Source: Candidatus Falkowbacteria bacterium RIFOXYC2_FULL_36_12 (GTDB taxonomy: Bacteria > Patescibacteriota > Patescibacteriia > UBA11705). Taken from it: 64,000 bases of DNA. Within the stretch, counting starts at the first letter, position 1; every line of letters begins with the position of its first letter. Position numbers and translations under genes: made by a program. Under the pieces are notes generated by a model. That model did not search any database, had not been told where the DNA came from, and worked only from the letters and a program-made list of their open reading frames with translations. Positions 19,128 to 28,562 of this stretch are shown here, piece by piece. The stretch spans positions 264,331 to 328,330 of the forward strand of contig MFGJ01000007.1 in NCBI GenBank assembly GCA_001778235.1. Direction: 5' to 3'.

Positions 19128-21163
19128 AATTCACCTTCTTGGACATTTATTCCTTGTTCAACTTCACCACAACAGGCCTGCCCCTTATTCATTGGACCAC
19201 AACCTGGGCCAGAACATGGATTAAAACAATTACCACTCATATCTTGAATACCAGACAATATTTTTGGATAAATAATTGGAACATCAAGATTATCTTTTGC
19301 TTCAGGAAAAGCACCATGATTTATTACTGCCACTTTATCATTGGACAGACAAAAGATACTACCATCGGCAGAAACTTGCTTTGGGCAATATAAACTACCC
19401 ATAAACCAACTATTCCAATCATCAGAAACAATAATTAAATTATCATTGGTAACTGTTGATGGATCCAATGATTTTGAAAAGGTGGCGCTGACCAATGAAT
19501 TTGGTTCAACTCCGCTAGATTTATCAGCTCCATTTTCTGGAGTAACGCTAACAATGGTTGGAGCGACTAAATCAAAAGTATTGGAAGTTGCAAAATTCCA
19601 AGAAAAATTGTCATTATCTCCACTAGTTGATCCATTTGCTTTGCCTAATCGGCCATCTGTATCCAGAGCATTTAAAGCTGCGTCAACAATACCTCCGGCT
19701 GGATACAGCGCAACGGTTGGACCATTGCCAAGGAGATTTGATACTGGAACAGATTTTACCAGGCCTGAAATGGTGGCGTTTGCAGGAAAACAGGTAACTA
19801 CCTCGCCACAAGAGTTGTGCAAAGGAGCCTCATCACCACATGAACCTGAAGGCCTATAAACCAAAGAACGATACTGATTGATTCCAGCAGTAATATTACC
19901 ATTTAGAATCTCGCTTGAAGCTTGATCTAGAATTAAAAATTCTGCACCTGTTGAAGTAGCATCAAGAACTAAACTAACAGGTGGAATAACTGCTTCGCTG
20001 AAATCAACTCTAACTCGGGTATTTCTAGGAAAACCAGCGCCACCAGCATTACTGATTGCAATTGGCTGACCAGAGGCATCCAAATCAACAGGATAAACAG
20101 TAGTAATAAAAGGAGGTGTAACATCAATATTGGTAGTTGTAGTAAATTTCCAACGATAAACAGAGTCAGTCCTACCACTGAAAATACTGGTGTTACCATT
20201 AAAACTTTTGACATTTCCCGTAACCAAAGCAAAATATGAAACATCAGAGAATGGTGAACCTAGATGCGAATCAGCACTATTACCATATGGATTAAAGACT
20301 AATGTTTTGAAATCAGGTGTAAGACTAACAATACCATCGCTAATAAACAAAGAATCGTTTGGCTCATTACCTGTCCAATTGTTACAAATATTAGGCTGGC
20401 TACGATTGGCGTCACTATAATCTGCCGGAGCGCTTGAACCAGCTGGATAAAGGGTATCGCAGGCGCGATAAATCCCAAGAGATGAAATATCTAAATCACC
20501 CTGACAAACACAATTTTGTCCTGGCGCGATGGATGAACAAGCAGCTTGGGTTTCAATATCAATACAACTCATGGAATCATTAGCGATAATACTCTCTGGA
20601 TCAATTGGTTGTTTGAAAGTTACCATGATAACAGTATTGCGAGGTACACTAGCGTTATTGGCAGGATAATGATCTTGGATAACACCACCCAATCCCCCGC
20701 TACCTAGACCCGGTGGATTATAGCCATTTGCACCATAAGATCCGGGTGTACCAGTAGCTTGAGCAAGAGCATTAATAATAAATGAAACAATCGCAAAAGC
20801 TGATGCAATAATCGCAAGACCAATAAAAGCATTGATCAAAATCTGTTTTGCTTTACTAACTTTGGTTGGGTCACCGCCAGAAGTCATGTAAAGAAATCCT
20901 GCATATAAAACCAAAACCAAAGCAATGGTTCCAAGTAAACCCAAGAAAACACGAATAACTCTGGCAACAATAATTCTTGGGTCTACATTGCCCAAACCTG
21001 TTGCCTCACCAACAGCATCGGTGCCTTCAACAATACCAGCTTGACCGGCATGAACAGGAGAAATCAGCAAAAAAAATCCAGCCAGAGCAGAAGCAATGAC
21101 AAGCATTAAAATAACTGTTGTTCCTTTTTTCTTATAATGAGAAAAACTTAAAGATGTTATCAT
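19115..21163 (-). CDS. Surface protein with TrbC/VirB2-like pilin N-terminus and tandem SbsA-type Ig-like domains
   Basis: DPRIIVARVIRVFLG...YAGFLYMTSGGD; P.N..VPRNT.I.VTF...ID; D..AP.IVSVTP.NG. Confidence 0.75.
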   Translation of the reverse strand: MITSLSFSHYKKKGTTVILMLVIASALAGFFLLISPVHAGQAGIVEGTDAVGEATGLGNVDPRIIVARVIRVFLGLLGTIALVLVLYAGFLYMTSGGDPTKVSKAKQILINAFIGLAIIASAFAIVSFIINALAQATGTPGSYGANGYNPPGLGSGGLGGVIQDHYPANNASVPRNTVIMVTFKQPIDPESIIANDSMSCIDIETQAACSSIAPGQNCVCQGDLDISSLGIYRACDTLYPAGSSAPADYSDANRSQPNICNNWTGNEPNDSLFISDGIVSLTPDFKTLVFNPYGNSADSHLGSPFSDVSYFALVTGNVKSFNGNTSIFSGRTDSVYRWKFTTTTNIDVTPPFITTVYPVDLDASGQPIAISNAGGAGFPRNTRVRVDFSEAVIPPVSLVLDATSTGAEFLILDQASSEILNGNITAGINQYRSLVYRPSGSCGDEAPLHNSCGEVVTCFPANATISGLVKSVPVSNLLGNGPTVALYPAGGIVDAALNALDTDGRLGKANGSTSGDNDNFSWNFATSNTFDLVAPTIVSVTPENGADKSSGVEPNSLVSATFSKSLDPSTVTNDNLIIVSDDWNSWFMGSLYCPKQVSADGSIFCLSNDKVAVINHGAFPEAKDNLDVPIIYPKILSGIQDMSGNCFNPCSGPGCGPMNKGQACCGEVEQGINVQEGEFCPY

Positions 21164-21189
21164 CTCTTTGGCTGTTTATATCTAAAATA

Positions 21190-21636
21190 TTATTGACCTA
21201 AAAATTCTTTTACCAATCTACTAACTGTTTGCCCATCAGAGCTTCCTTTCAGGGCTTGCATCACGGCTCTCATGACAAGACCAAAATTTTGTTTTTTGTC
21301 ATTGTCCAAAGTTTCAACCGTACTAGCAATAATGGTTTTTATTTCTTGCTCTGACATCTGGGCAGGGAGGTAAATCTGCAAAAAATTAATTTCTCGCTGT
21401 TCTTTGTCAGCCAATTCTTGGCGGCCACCAGAAACATAGGCCTCAATTGATTCCCGTCTTTTCTTTACTTCAGATTTAATCAACTGAATGACCTGATCCT
21501 GGCTGATGTCAGCACCAAGCTCAATACTTTTATTTTTTATAGCTGATTTCAAAAGACGGAGCAGACTCAATTGCTCTGTATTTTTTTCTTTTAATGATTT
21601 TATAAAGTCTTGTTCAATTTGTTTTAGTAGGCTCAT
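21190..21636 (-). CDS. GatB/YqeY domain protein
   Basis: LRLLKSAIKN...KKRRESIEAY..GGR.ELA.KE..E...L..YLPAQ; follows rpsU as in many bacteria. Confidence 0.92.
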   Translation of the reverse strand: MSLLKQIEQDFIKSLKEKNTEQLSLLRLLKSAIKNKSIELGADISQDQVIQLIKSEVKKRRESIEAYVSGGRQELADKEQREINFLQIYLPAQMSEQEIKTIIASTVETLDNDKKQNFGLVMRAVMQALKGSSDGQTVSRLVKEFLGQ

Positions 21637-21719
21637 ATTAAATCAAATTTATTATAACATTTTTTTTATTATGTTCCAAATAGTTTTACACAATTTCTAG
21701 TTAAAAAAACAACAGACGT

Positions 21720-21962
21720 CTAGTGACGTCTGTTGTGAGTATCTTCTTCTGGTAGTCGACCAACTTTTTTCAAATATTCTCGTCGGTCACGGACTTCCAT
21801 TTTGCGCAAAGCAGATGTTTTCTGCAAATTCTTTGTGGTTTTTTTCTTGAAATACTGAACCTTTTTGAACTGCAAGATTTTTCCGCTCTGGATTAAACGC
21901 TTGTTGAAACGTCGAAGAAACGATTCAAATGTTTCACCTTTTTTGCGTTTAACTTCTAGCAT
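21720..21962 (-). CDS. rpsU: 30S ribosomal protein S21
   Basis: VKRKKGETFESFLRRFNKR...SGK; basic; upstream of yqeY. Confidence 0.85.
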   Translation of the reverse strand: MLEVKRKKGETFESFLRRFNKRLIQSGKILQFKKVQYFKKKTTKNLQKTSALRKMEVRDRREYLKKVGRLPEEDTHNRRH

Positions 21963-22085
21963 ACTTTTCCACCTTCCTTCTAATTTATAGATAAATAAAA
22001 GATAAAAAGGAATAACTCCCTATTATCACTAATAAATGATATACTAAATAATTATTTTTGTCAATATAAAGAAAAAATTCGTGCT

Positions 22086-23492
22086 TTACCTATTTTTTAA
22101 CTGTTTTTCAGCTAATCTTTTTTTAACCTCCTCAATTATTTTTTTCTGACTGACTACTTCCTGGATGCCACTTTCAACATCTCTCATCAAAATTGTGCCG
22201 TCAACAACTTCTCTCTGACCTAAAATCAAAATAATTTTTGCACCTTTTTTAGTGGCAGTATCAAGCTGACTCTTCAGATTGTCTTTGGAGAAGTTAGCAA
22301 CAACACGGAGATCTTCACGCCTAAGTTCATCAAGAAAACTCATGGCTTTCCTCTTGGCCTGTTCACTGATTTGAGCCAAATAAACATGTGGCGCTCTAAC
22401 TGGAGCGAGTTCTACTTTTCGTCTTTTAATTTCTGAAATTAATTTTTCAACAAACAATTTGATCCCTGCAACGGGCACTTCAGGACCACTAAGCATTTCA
22501 CAAAGATAATTCATTCGGCCACCTTCAGCCAAAACAAAATCTCCCTCTTCGGCAGTTGCCTCTTTGTTATCTTTTTCTACCTCTACCTCCACCTCCACAT
22601 CAGCCTCAACCGTTTCCTTTGAGATAGGTAGCTGACTGACAATAGAATATATGGTGCTGTTGTAATAAGCAAAATCACTAATAAAGCGTGAGTCCAAGAC
22701 ATAACTTACCCCCACTTCATCCAATGACTCAAGGAATTTGAATAAATGATTGTGACAATTTTCACAAAGATAATCAACCACTTGCGGAGCATCTTCGTAA
22801 ACTTTCTGGCATTTTTGACTAGCGCATTGAAGAAATTTTATTGGATCACGGCCAGCATTTGACCGACAATCAGTACAGACAGCTGATCTTTTACTTTTTA
22901 TAAAACCGGTAAGCGCTTTTAAATATTCATTGCGACAGACTGGACAACCCAAACTATTTACCCGGACAATGGGGTTTAAATTAATTTGAACAAAATATTG
23001 ATAAAGCATGACCACAAGTTCAGCATCAACTCCATGTGAGGGAGCATTGTAGACATTGAACCCAACCTGCTGTAATTCTCGTGTTTTACTATTATAATAT
23101 TTTCCCTGCGAAAAAATTTTACTACTGAACCAAAATTTTAATGGCCCAGGTTGATTAAAAAGACTGTGTTCTATAAATGATCTAGCTACTCCAGGAGTCA
23201 TGTCAGGACGCAAAGCTAACTTTTCATTTTTATCTTGAAAGACTAGCATATCTCGAGAAATTAATTCTGTTTTTCGGCCAATTGTATGGGAGAACAACTC
23301 TGGTTTTTCAAACAAAGGAGTTTCAATCCAAGAATAATTAAAATCAATTGCTAGCTGATATAAATCATCAAGAATCTTAAGCCAGTATTTATTGTCACTT
23401 GGCAAAATGTCTTTCAAGCCTTTTATTATCTGTGGAGTTTTTATTTTTCTTATTTGTTCTGACGGTTGATCTATTTTTTTGCGTCTTGGCAT
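22086..23492 (-). CDS. Histidyl-tRNA synthetase-like protein with degenerate catalytic motifs
   Basis: KGLKDILP, IETPLFE, ALRPDMT and a C-terminal anticodon-binding domain; motifs 2 and 3 are degenerate. Confidence 0.8.
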   Translation of the reverse strand: MPRRKKIDQPSEQIRKIKTPQIIKGLKDILPSDNKYWLKILDDLYQLAIDFNYSWIETPLFEKPELFSHTIGRKTELISRDMLVFQDKNEKLALRPDMTPGVARSFIEHSLFNQPGPLKFWFSSKIFSQGKYYNSKTRELQQVGFNVYNAPSHGVDAELVVMLYQYFVQINLNPIVRVNSLGCPVCRNEYLKALTGFIKSKRSAVCTDCRSNAGRDPIKFLQCASQKCQKVYEDAPQVVDYLCENCHNHLFKFLESLDEVGVSYVLDSRFISDFAYYNSTIYSIVSQLPISKETVEADVEVEVEVEKDNKEATAEEGDFVLAEGGRMNYLCEMLSGPEVPVAGIKLFVEKLISEIKRRKVELAPVRAPHVYLAQISEQAKRKAMSFLDELRREDLRVVANFSKDNLKSQLDTATKKGAKIILILGQREVVDGTILMRDVESGIQEVVSQKKIIEEVKKRLAEKQLKNR

Positions 23493-23577
23493 AATATTTA
23501 TTGGTTTAGATTATACGCTGATAGAAAAATTGTTCTCTGATAGCGTAAAGTATAATATGTAAATATATTTTTATTTA

Positions 23578-24210
23578 TTATTTATTTTCAGAAAATTGCT
23601 CATAGCTTATTGGACTAAAAATCTTTACCCGAGTCAACGGCCAACCACGAAGCCAAACCTTGCCAACAATATTGCCTCGGCCAACAGGTCCGAACACCCT
23701 TGAATCCAAACTGTGTTCCCGATTGTCGCCTAAAACATAATACTCATCAGCTTCAAGATTCCAAACTTTATCACCTAATGTTCTGGTAGAATTATCAAGA
23801 TAATCCATTTCATCCAATAAATATTTTTTTTCTCCTTCATCAGTGTATACAAAGACAAAACCATCCCTAACTTCAACTTTTTCTCCAGGTAAGGCAATAA
23901 CACGCTTTATAAAAAATTGGGACGGATCCTTTGGGTAGCGAAAAACAATAATATCACCTCTTTCAGGCTGACTAATACGATAAGACAACTCATCAATAAT
24001 CAAATATTCATCATCATAAAAACTTGGTTCCATTGACGCACCTTTTACATAAAATGGTTGAATTAAGAAGTATCGAACAGGAATAATAATAGCAAGAGCA
24101 ATGCAAACCACCTTGACTAGGTCCCAAAAAAAGTATGCTACCTTTTTCCCTGGGCTAATATCTTCATCATAATCCTGGAATTTATATTTATCGGGGTTTT
24201 TGCTTAACAT
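23578..24210 (-). CDS. lepB: Signal peptidase I
   Basis: GASMEP (Ser), FIKRVI (Lys), GDNR..SLDSR. Confidence 0.95.
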   Translation of the reverse strand: MLSKNPDKYKFQDYDEDISPGKKVAYFFWDLVKVVCIALAIIIPVRYFLIQPFYVKGASMEPSFYDDEYLIIDELSYRISQPERGDIIVFRYPKDPSQFFIKRVIALPGEKVEVRDGFVFVYTDEGEKKYLLDEMDYLDNSTRTLGDKVWNLEADEYYVLGDNREHSLDSRVFGPVGRGNIVGKVWLRGWPLTRVKIFSPISYEQFSENK

Positions 24211-24403
24211 TATGATAAAATTATTAATAAAATAGGTCTAAACATGGCTATTATAACATATATCCAAGCTCAATGCAAACCCTAAGATTTTAGCTTAATT
24301 TACATTCTTGCAGTAAGGTTAATAGTGTAGTATAATAAACATGCTATTTACTAAATATTGAAATATTTAGTAAAAATTTTTATTTTCTATCGTGGCTGGT
24401 ATT

Positions 24404-25825
24404 ATGAATCAAAATTTGCCAAACAACCGAAATATAAATCTGCTAGAAAACAGCATCAGACAACCAAAGGGTAAGAGTATTTTCAAAGTCAGCAAATTTG
24501 TTATTTATTTTTTTGTTTCTTTAATTATTGCTTTCTTCTTTTTTTCATATCAAGTTTTATTTACAGATACGAGCCTAAGTGAATCACTTGGAGGAAAAGT
24601 CAATATTTTCCACCAACTAACTACCATGGCCAAAGGTGGATCGGAATTAAAAGCTGACAATGGACGAGTGAATGTTCTGCTTCTAGGTGTTGGCGGTGAA
24701 GGACACGATGGCCCGAACCTGACTGACACAATCATTGTCGCCAGCATTGAACTTGAAACAAACAAAATTGCCATGATATCAATCCCTCGAGACTTGGTGG
24801 TGGAGATAGAAGACAAAGGATTTTGGAAAATAAATAATGCGAACCATTTTGGAGAACAAAAAAATCCCGGGCATGGAGGAGAATTAGTAAAAAATGTTGT
24901 CAGTCAAGTAATAGGCGTACCAATTCATTACTATATCCGAGTTGATTTTTCAGGATTTGAAAAATTGATTGATGATTTGGGTGGAGTAAAAGTTGAAGTT
25001 GATAACAGTTTTATTGACTATCAATTTCCAGCTGCGAACTATAAATATCAAGTTGTGTCTTTTGATAAGGGTTGGCAAACAATGGATGGTGAAACAGCAC
25101 TGCAATTTGTCAGGAGTCGACACGGAAATAATGGCGAGGGTTCTGATTTTTCCAGAAGCAAGCGTCAACAAAAAGTTATTACAGCGGTCAAGGAACGAGC
25201 ACTATCATACAGAACATTGTTCAGTCCTGGAAAATTGTCAAAACTACTCAAAGCCTTTGGGAAACATGTAAGCACGGACATGGAGATAAATGAAATACTT
25301 GAACTTTATAAACTATCAAAATTAATTGATCTTAACCAAACCAAAAATATTGTACTCGATGATAGTCCTGGAGGATATTTAGTGGCAGGAAAAATGAATG
25401 AAGCATATGTCTTGCAACCGCGAAGCGGAAATTTTGGAGAAATACAATTCTTGGCACAAAATGTATTTGCTGGGAACCCAGTACTTGAAGCCAAAAGCGA
25501 CATAACTTCCACTGTTCTAGAAATCCAAAACGGAACACCAACAAATGGTCTAGCTTTCAACTCATCACAAAAATTGAAACAACTCGGCTTCAAAGTAGTT
25601 AAGATTGGCAATGCACCAACCCAAGATTATACCAAGACGGTCATGTACAAATTAACAGATAAGACCATTGACCAGGAAGTGATAGAAACACTTGAAACAA
25701 AACTCGGAGCTGAACTGATTGAACAAATACCCGCTTGGGTCCGTGAAGATGCAGAAATAACCACTGACTTTTATATTATCCTTGGTGAACAAAATACGGG
25801 AATTAATCAAGATACTGCTGAATAA
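24404..25825 (+). CDS. LCP (LytR-CpsA-Psr) family protein with C-terminal LytR_C domain
   Basis: NVLLLG, TDTI, SIPRD, ALQFVRSRH, SDF.R..RQQ; EIQNGT...GLA. Confidence 0.92.
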   Translation: MNQNLPNNRNINLLENSIRQPKGKSIFKVSKFVIYFFVSLIIAFFFFSYQVLFTDTSLSESLGGKVNIFHQLTTMAKGGSELKADNGRVNVLLLGVGGEGHDGPNLTDTIIVASIELETNKIAMISIPRDLVVEIEDKGFWKINNANHFGEQKNPGHGGELVKNVVSQVIGVPIHYYIRVDFSGFEKLIDDLGGVKVEVDNSFIDYQFPAANYKYQVVSFDKGWQTMDGETALQFVRSRHGNNGEGSDFSRSKRQQKVITAVKERALSYRTLFSPGKLSKLLKAFGKHVSTDMEINEILELYKLSKLIDLNQTKNIVLDDSPGGYLVAGKMNEAYVLQPRSGNFGEIQFLAQNVFAGNPVLEAKSDITSTVLEIQNGTPTNGLAFNSSQKLKQLGFKVVKIGNAPTQDYTKTVMYKLTDKTIDQEVIETLETKLGAELIEQIPAWVREDAEITTDFYIILGEQNTGINQDTAE

Positions 25826-25849
25826 TCCAGTAAGTTAATAAATAATAAT

Positions 25850-27229
25850 GTGACTGATTTCAAACAACTAAAATATTTACCGAAAGTTGCCCTAATAGGT
25901 AGAACTAATGTTGGTAAATCAACGATTTTCAATAAATTTACAGAGACCAGCAGAGCCATTATCTCTGATATCCCAGGAACAACCAGAGATTTAAATTATG
26001 GACTTTGTGAATGGGACAACAAGGCTTTTGTTTTAATTGATACTGCTGGCCTTGATGTTTCTACCGAGAAAAAAATTGATCAAGAATCAATAAGATTTGT
26101 TGAAAAAGCTGCGCATGAAGCTGATGTGCTTCTTTTGGTTGTTGATGCCAAAAGTGGGCTATTACCTCAAGACAAAGAATATGCTAAACAAATAAAAAAA
26201 TATAACAAGCCTATTGTATTGGTAATAAATAAAGCTGACGGACATAAAGATCTTTCGGAAACGGCTGAATTTGAAAAACTTGGGATTGAACAAAATGAAA
26301 AAATTTCAGCTGCCAGTGGAGCAGGTACTGGCGACTTGCTGGATAAGGTTATAAAACTGATTCCGATGAAAAGCGTACAAGCTGTTGGTAAAAACATTAT
26401 TAATGTCGCCATAGTGGGGAAACCAAATGTTGGGAAATCTTCTCTCATCAACAAGATTGCTGGTGAAGAGAGATCGATTGTCAGCGAAGTCGCTCATACC
26501 ACCAGAGACACAAAAGACTTTGCGATTGAGGTTGAATTCGGAGACAAAAAAGCAACCTTGAATTTCGTTGATACTGCTGGTATTAGAAAAAAAAGAAAAA
26601 TCGACGATGAAATAGAAAAGGAAAGTGTGAAACAAAGCATAAATGCAATTTATCGCGCTGATATTGTTTTATTAGTCATTGATGCAAGCAAGGAAATCAC
26701 TGCCCAGGATAAAAGCATTACAAAAGAAATTCTTGATACCAATAAAAGTCTGATCTTTGTTGTAAACAAATGGGATCTTGTCGAAGATAAAGATGAGCAC
26801 GCTGATAAAAAATATCTTGATTTCTTACATAAATCATTTCCCTATCTTACTTGGGCACCAGTAGTATTTCTTTCAGCCAAAACTGGATTCAAAGTTCAAA
26901 GATTAATAAATGTTGTTTTGGAAGTGTTTGAAAAACAATGTTTAGAAATTTCTGATAAGAGTCTGGACAATCTGCTGTCATACCTGATAAAAAAACAAAC
27001 TCCAAGAAAAACAAAGGGCACAAAGCGACCATATATTTATGCGATGAAACAAGTGAGAGTAAATCCGCAGGCCTTTGAGATCGAAGTTGATCAACCGAAA
27101 AATATTCATTTTTCCTATATTAGATTTATAAAAAATAAACTTCGAGACAAATACGATCTAATCGGAGTGGGAATAAAACTGTATACGATTTTGTACAAAC
27201 CTGAAAAGAAAAAAGATTATAAAAAATAA
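25850..27229 (+). CDS. der: Ribosome biogenesis GTPase Der (EngA)
   Basis: Two G domains GRTNVGKS / GKPNVGKS, DTAG, NKxD. Confidence 0.96.
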   Translation: MTDFKQLKYLPKVALIGRTNVGKSTIFNKFTETSRAIISDIPGTTRDLNYGLCEWDNKAFVLIDTAGLDVSTEKKIDQESIRFVEKAAHEADVLLLVVDAKSGLLPQDKEYAKQIKKYNKPIVLVINKADGHKDLSETAEFEKLGIEQNEKISAASGAGTGDLLDKVIKLIPMKSVQAVGKNIINVAIVGKPNVGKSSLINKIAGEERSIVSEVAHTTRDTKDFAIEVEFGDKKATLNFVDTAGIRKKRKIDDEIEKESVKQSINAIYRADIVLLVIDASKEITAQDKSITKEILDTNKSLIFVVNKWDLVEDKDEHADKKYLDFLHKSFPYLTWAPVVFLSAKTGFKVQRLINVVLEVFEKQCLEISDKSLDNLLSYLIKKQTPRKTKGTKRPYIYAMKQVRVNPQAFEIEVDQPKNIHFSYIRFIKNKLRDKYDLIGVGIKLYTILYKPEKKKDYKK

Positions 27230-27635
27230 TTTGAATTTTGAAGAATTATACCCTGAACCAAGTTCAGGGTGACAAGTTGGGAGATCCTGAAATCCATCTT
27301 CGTTAAAACTTCCGACTACGCTCTTTTGGGAGCTTCGACGGACAAGTCGATGGACAAGCAAGTTCAGGATGACGAGTGTAGGGTTCGGGGTGACGAGTGT
27401 AGGGTTCAGGGTGACGAGTGTAGGGTTCAGGATGACGAGTGAGGGGCGTAGAATCATACCCTGAAATCCATCTTCGTTAAAACTTCGATGGACAAGCAAG
27501 TTCAGGGTGACAAGTTGGGAGATCCTGAATTGACATTAGAGGAAGGAATGGAAAAATTAATTTGAATTTTGAAGAATTATACCCTGAAACTACGCACTAT
27601 AAACAAGTTTAAGTGAATGGCGAGTAAGTTCACTG
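27228..27635. repeat. Cluster of REP-like hairpins with nested insertions, direct repeats and a 21-bp x4 tandem array
   Basis: ccctgaa.caagttcagggtgac units; 30-bp inserts at 27293-27358 (holding a nested 36-bp element at 27311-27346) and 27467-27496; gttcaggrtgacgagtgtagg x4 at 27362-27445; 30-bp direct repeat at 27228 and 27559. Confidence 0.88.
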
Positions 27636-27667
27636 CGGGCGGAGTTCAGAGTGAAAATAATATTTAT

Positions 27668-28201
27668 ATGAAATTATATATTGGACTGGGAAATCCAGGA
27701 GAAAAATATCGAAATACTCGTCATAACATTGGATTTATGATGTTGGATTATATTTTTGATAAATTGACTGAAGCAAAGTTTAGTAATTGGTCAAAAAATA
27801 AAAAATTTCAAGCCGAGATCTCTGAAGGGAACTTGCATGGAGAAAAAATTATCTTAGCAAAGCCTTACACTTTTATGAATGAATCTGGAATTTCGGCTCA
27901 AGCTTTGATGCATTTTTACAAGATAGCTCCGCTTGACTTAACGGTATTACATGATGATCTTGATATTGAATTTGGGTTGTTCAAGCTCCAAACTGATAGA
28001 TCAAGCGCTGGACACAATGGAATAAAATCAATTATTGAGAAAATTAACACACAACAATTCAATAGAGTACGACTTGGGATTGCCAAAAAAGGCAAGAATA
28101 AACAAGCTGATGCGGCAAAATATGTGTTAAAAAAATTTAACTTTCTAGAAAAGATAAAGTTAAACTCAATTTTTGAACAGGTTTATAAGTCAATGTTTTA
28201 A
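27668..28201 (+). CDS. pth: Peptidyl-tRNA hydrolase
   Basis: GLGNPG..Y..TRHNIG, KP.TFMNESG, HDDLD, GHNGIKS. Confidence 0.96.
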   Translation: MKLYIGLGNPGEKYRNTRHNIGFMMLDYIFDKLTEAKFSNWSKNKKFQAEISEGNLHGEKIILAKPYTFMNESGISAQALMHFYKIAPLDLTVLHDDLDIEFGLFKLQTDRSSAGHNGIKSIIEKINTQQFNRVRLGIAKKGKNKQADAAKYVLKKFNFLEKIKLNSIFEQVYKSMF

Positions 28202-28278
28202 ATTAGTAAATATTATTCCTATAAAAAGACTGCCTAATTGGCAGTTTTGTTGTACTATTATTTATGTTTTGAAATAAA

Positions 28279-28420
28279 ATAATGCTGTCCAAATTTATGC
28301 TCATGAGTGTAAAATTAGCTGGACGAGCCAGTTAATCTTAACTTGATGGGTATGAGGCAAGCACAGGAGGGGTTTGCTCGCATCTGCCCGACTCATAAGC
28401 ACAAATCTAAACAACACTAC
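28279..28420 (-). ncRNA. Putative structured ncRNA (~142 nt), family unassigned
   Basis: 30-bp closing helix (28279-28308 with 28391-28420) whose 8 non-WC positions are all G-U on the minus strand; TTGACA (28449-54) and TG-n-TAAAGT promoter upstream. Confidence 0.75.
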
Positions 28421-28562
28421 TAAACTACTTTAACAAAGAACGGATAAATGTCAAGGGATAAAGAGAATAAAAAATTTATTCAGGAGAATTTTACCTAAGA
28501 TTTGCTTATTTTAAAAATTTTAATCATTGACATTTTGCTGTATTAATTTAAAATTAAATAAT

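Noticed and set aside
11726..20420. Many 60-175 aa ORFs inside the giant surface genes
   Set aside because: Antisense or off-frame shadows of long coding regions
27362..27445. 21-bp repeats as a CRISPR array
   Set aside because: Head-to-tail tandem units with no unique spacers and no cas genes in the window
27158..27499. 113-aa minus-strand ORF with repeated LVTLNPT
   Set aside because: Translation of the REP cluster, overlapping der
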